DNA of 64,000 nucleotides from Eledone cirrhosa (taxonomy: Eukaryota): contig CAXHJY010001102.1 of the NCBI GenBank assembly GCA_964016885.1, forward strand, positions 1 through 64,000, in the 5' to 3' direction. Under the pieces are notes generated by a model. The model was not told the DNA's origin. It saw nothing but the letters and a program-made list of their open reading frames with translations, and made no database searches. Within the stretch, counting starts at the first letter, position 1. Each line of letters begins with the position of its first letter. The position numbers and the translations under genes were made by a program. Below are positions 60,824 to 64,000 of the stretch, piece after piece.

Positions 60824-60857
<34 letters not shown>

Positions 60858-60861
<4 letters not shown>

Positions 60862-61157
60862 AGGCGGGTAAAATTCCCGAGATCCATGGACGAGTTCTCT
60901 CCAGCGGTCTCTGTCCCTCATTATCGCTGCCATGTCCTGCGTCTCCAACAGACCAGTGTCTGTCCTTAGAGCATCAACTTACGTTAACCTTGGTCTTCCT
61001 CTTCTAGATGTATGGGAGCATCCCAAAAGTCAGCTCAAAAGTGACATAGAGGAGACTGAGGTTAGCTGGACATGCTCACCGACATCCAGAGTTGACATTG
61101 CACTCAGTGCTCCTTTGGGAGCCCCTACATGGACACACTAGAAGAGGAAGACCAAGG
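60858..61157. pseudogene. RTE-like 3' fragment in two opposed pieces (60858-61008 minus, 61009-61157 plus)
   Basis: Same family as 48690-48930; CTAGAAGAGGAAGACCAAGG is present in both orientations. Confidence 0.75.
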
Positions 61158-61173
61158 TATATATATATATTTA

Positions 61174-61275
<102 letters not shown>

Positions 61276-61491
61276 TATTTACCACAGTCATGATATAATG
61301 GACCTTTCCTACAATATGATACCTGTTATCAGATAGGTTCCTCCGCCCCATCCTCATCATCATCATTCCACGTTCCATTATCATCTACCCCCCACCCCCC
61401 ATAATCACCATCATCTTCATCATCATAACCACACCCAAATATTAATTATAACAATCATTATTGCCACCCCACCCCCACCATCATCGTCTCC

Positions 61492-61523
<32 letters not shown>

Positions 61524-61656
61524 AGCATCAAGGCCACCATATTTGTTGTCTTTCTTCCCATAATGCAACAGTGCACTAATGTTTTCTGCCAAAGCTACAG
61601 GTGGTAGTTGCTGCTGTTGCTGTTGTTGTTGTTGTTGCTGTTGTTGTTGCTGTTGT

Positions 61657-61691
<35 letters not shown>

Positions 61692-61860
61692 TTGTTTTTA
61701 TGCAAATTAAATTAGCCGAGGTTACTGAGTGCATTCTTCTAAACTCCGTAAGGTATTGTTAATGAGCTGCGACTGCTGATGGTGGTGGTGGTGTTGTTTT
61801 TCTGATGATGATGATGATGATCATCATCATAATGACTGCTAAACAGGAATTTCACACATT

Positions 61861-61951
<91 letters not shown>

Positions 61952-62164
61952 TATATATATATATATTATATATATACATATTATATATATTATATAATAT
62001 ATATATTATATATATATATATTATATAATATAATTATATATATATATATAATATATTATATAATATATATTATATATATATATATATTATATATATTATA
62101 TAATATATATTATATATATATATATATTGTATATATATTATATATATATATATATTATATGTAT

Positions 62165-62200
<36 letters not shown>

Positions 62201-62268
62201 ATATATATATAATATATATATATTATAATATATAATATATATATTATATAATAAAGTCCCTCTTCGTT

Positions 62269-62319
62269 AGTTTCAGAAGATCCCGTTAAGGGTGAAAGCA
62301 GCGATTCTTTGCTTAAACT
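62269..62319 (+). ncRNA. Second copy of the CAGAAGA hammerhead-like motif
   Basis: Same sequence with a structure-compatible A-U to G.U change in helix III. Confidence 0.55.
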
Positions 62320-62333
62320 TTAATCTGTTATTT

Positions 62334-62395
<62 letters not shown>

Positions 62396-62688
62396 CCGAA
62401 GGAAATGTGGTAAGGAACCAGGTGGACCATAACGCACCAAAGTACTCAATACTTAGGGTAGTAGAGGGGGTAATAGGAAACGAGTCAGGACCCCGACGGC
62501 TGAGCTCCGGCCGTTTTGATGCTAGATCAGAACTGTTCGGATCTAGCTGCCGAAACGGCCGGAGCTCAGCCGTCGGGGTCCTGACTCTTCTTACATTTAT
62601 ATATATAAACATCCTTACCCTCTAGCTAATGGAGTTTCACCGGTAATATATATTATATAATCATATCGGCATTTGGCAGCATGGTGTC

Positions 62689-63234
62689 TTTGGCACAAGG
62701 CCAGTAAATACCTAAGTGTATGACTGGTACATTATTTTATCGACCGCCCAAGGATGAAAGGCAAAGTTAATCTCGGCGGGATTTGAACTCAGAACGTAAA
62801 GGGCCGTAACTCTATGCTGACCATCATGGTGTCTGATGGTCTACCGGCTCACAAATACTGATTGTATCTATTTTTGGCACAATGCCACCAAATACCCCAG
62901 TGTATTACTGGTATTTTATTCTATCAAGGCCGTAAAGATGAAAGGCAAATTTAACCTCGGCGAGATTTGAACTCAGAACGTAAAGGGCCGTAACTCTATG
63001 CTGACCATCATGGCGTCTGATGGTCTACCGGCTCACAAATACTGATTGTATCTATTTTTGGCACAAGGCCACCAAATACCCCAGTGTATTACTGGTATTT
63101 TATTCTATCAAAGCCGTAAAGATGAAAGGCAAATTTAACCTCGGCGAGATTTGAACTCAGAACGTAAATGGCTTCAACTCTATGCTGTAAAGCATGGTGT
63201 GTGACACTCCACTGATTTTGCCAATCCACCGCCC
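62689..63234 (-). mobile_element. Three tandem Nin-domain SINE copies
   Basis: GATGAAAGGCAAA.TTAA.CTCGGCG.GATTTGAACTCAGAACGTAAA occurs three times. Confidence 0.85.
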
Positions 63235-63427
63235 TCTTATGTTATATAATGCCGGCCTGGCAATCGTTGTATTGTATGTGTGATGAGCATGGTTGGGATG
63301 TCTTCTCATTGGTCTTGATAAAAGATGTGTTGTAGGCCAAACAAACGTTAATTTATAGCTCACTCTAGAAACAAGTATGGCCGCCAACGTAGTGAATTAT
63401 TATACAATAAGCTCATATATACATACA

Positions 63428-63469
<42 letters not shown>

Positions 63470-63520
63470 AACATACTTGCATATATACACAATCATATAT
63501 ATATTTAAGAGCACAAACCA

Positions 63521-63582
<62 letters not shown>

Positions 63583-63676
63583 AATATATATATATATGTG
63601 AATATATATGTAAATATATATATACACACATATATATATGTATATATATACACATACACACATATATATATATAGC

Positions 63677-63712
<36 letters not shown>

Positions 63713-63750
63713 CATAGCTATATATATATATGTGTGTATGTGTATATATG

Positions 63751-63782
<32 letters not shown>

Positions 63783-63822
63783 CATACATAGCTATATATA
63801 TATATGTGTATGTGTATATATG

Positions 63823-63897
<75 letters not shown>

Positions 63898-64000
63898 ATA
63901 CATACACACACACATATATACATCTCCCACTCTCCACACACACACATATACACCATATATATATATATATATATACACATATATATACATACATACATAA

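Overview
Very AT-rich eukaryotic intergenic or intronic DNA saturated with (TA)n, (CA)n and (ATGT)n microsatellites. The Nin-domain SINEs and repeat landscape suggest a mollusc, probably an octopus-like cephalopod (inference). I recognise no host gene, and nearly all listed ORFs are microsatellite artefacts. Real coding material comes from retroelements: a young RTE LINE split into two overlapping copies (APE-RT-C2H2 fingers), and R4/Dong-like, CR1-like, L1/Tx1-like, CRE-like, further RTE and Penelope-like (GIY-YIG) fragments. There are also tRNA-SINEs, an RTE-derived non-autonomous family and MITEs. The stand-out feature (8583-15018) is about 15 apparently identical copies of a 422-bp, hairpin-rich unit. 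Each unit carries a type I hammerhead ribozyme, and the copies form a 6.4-kb head-to-head palindrome whose 59-bp centre is the ribozyme core, inserted in a (TA)n run. This looks like a recently integrated retrozyme (circRNA) concatemer. At least three other hammerhead families are scattered in the window, including a non-canonical CAGANGA-core variant, and several sit at fold-back inversions. All structures were read by eye; none was computed.
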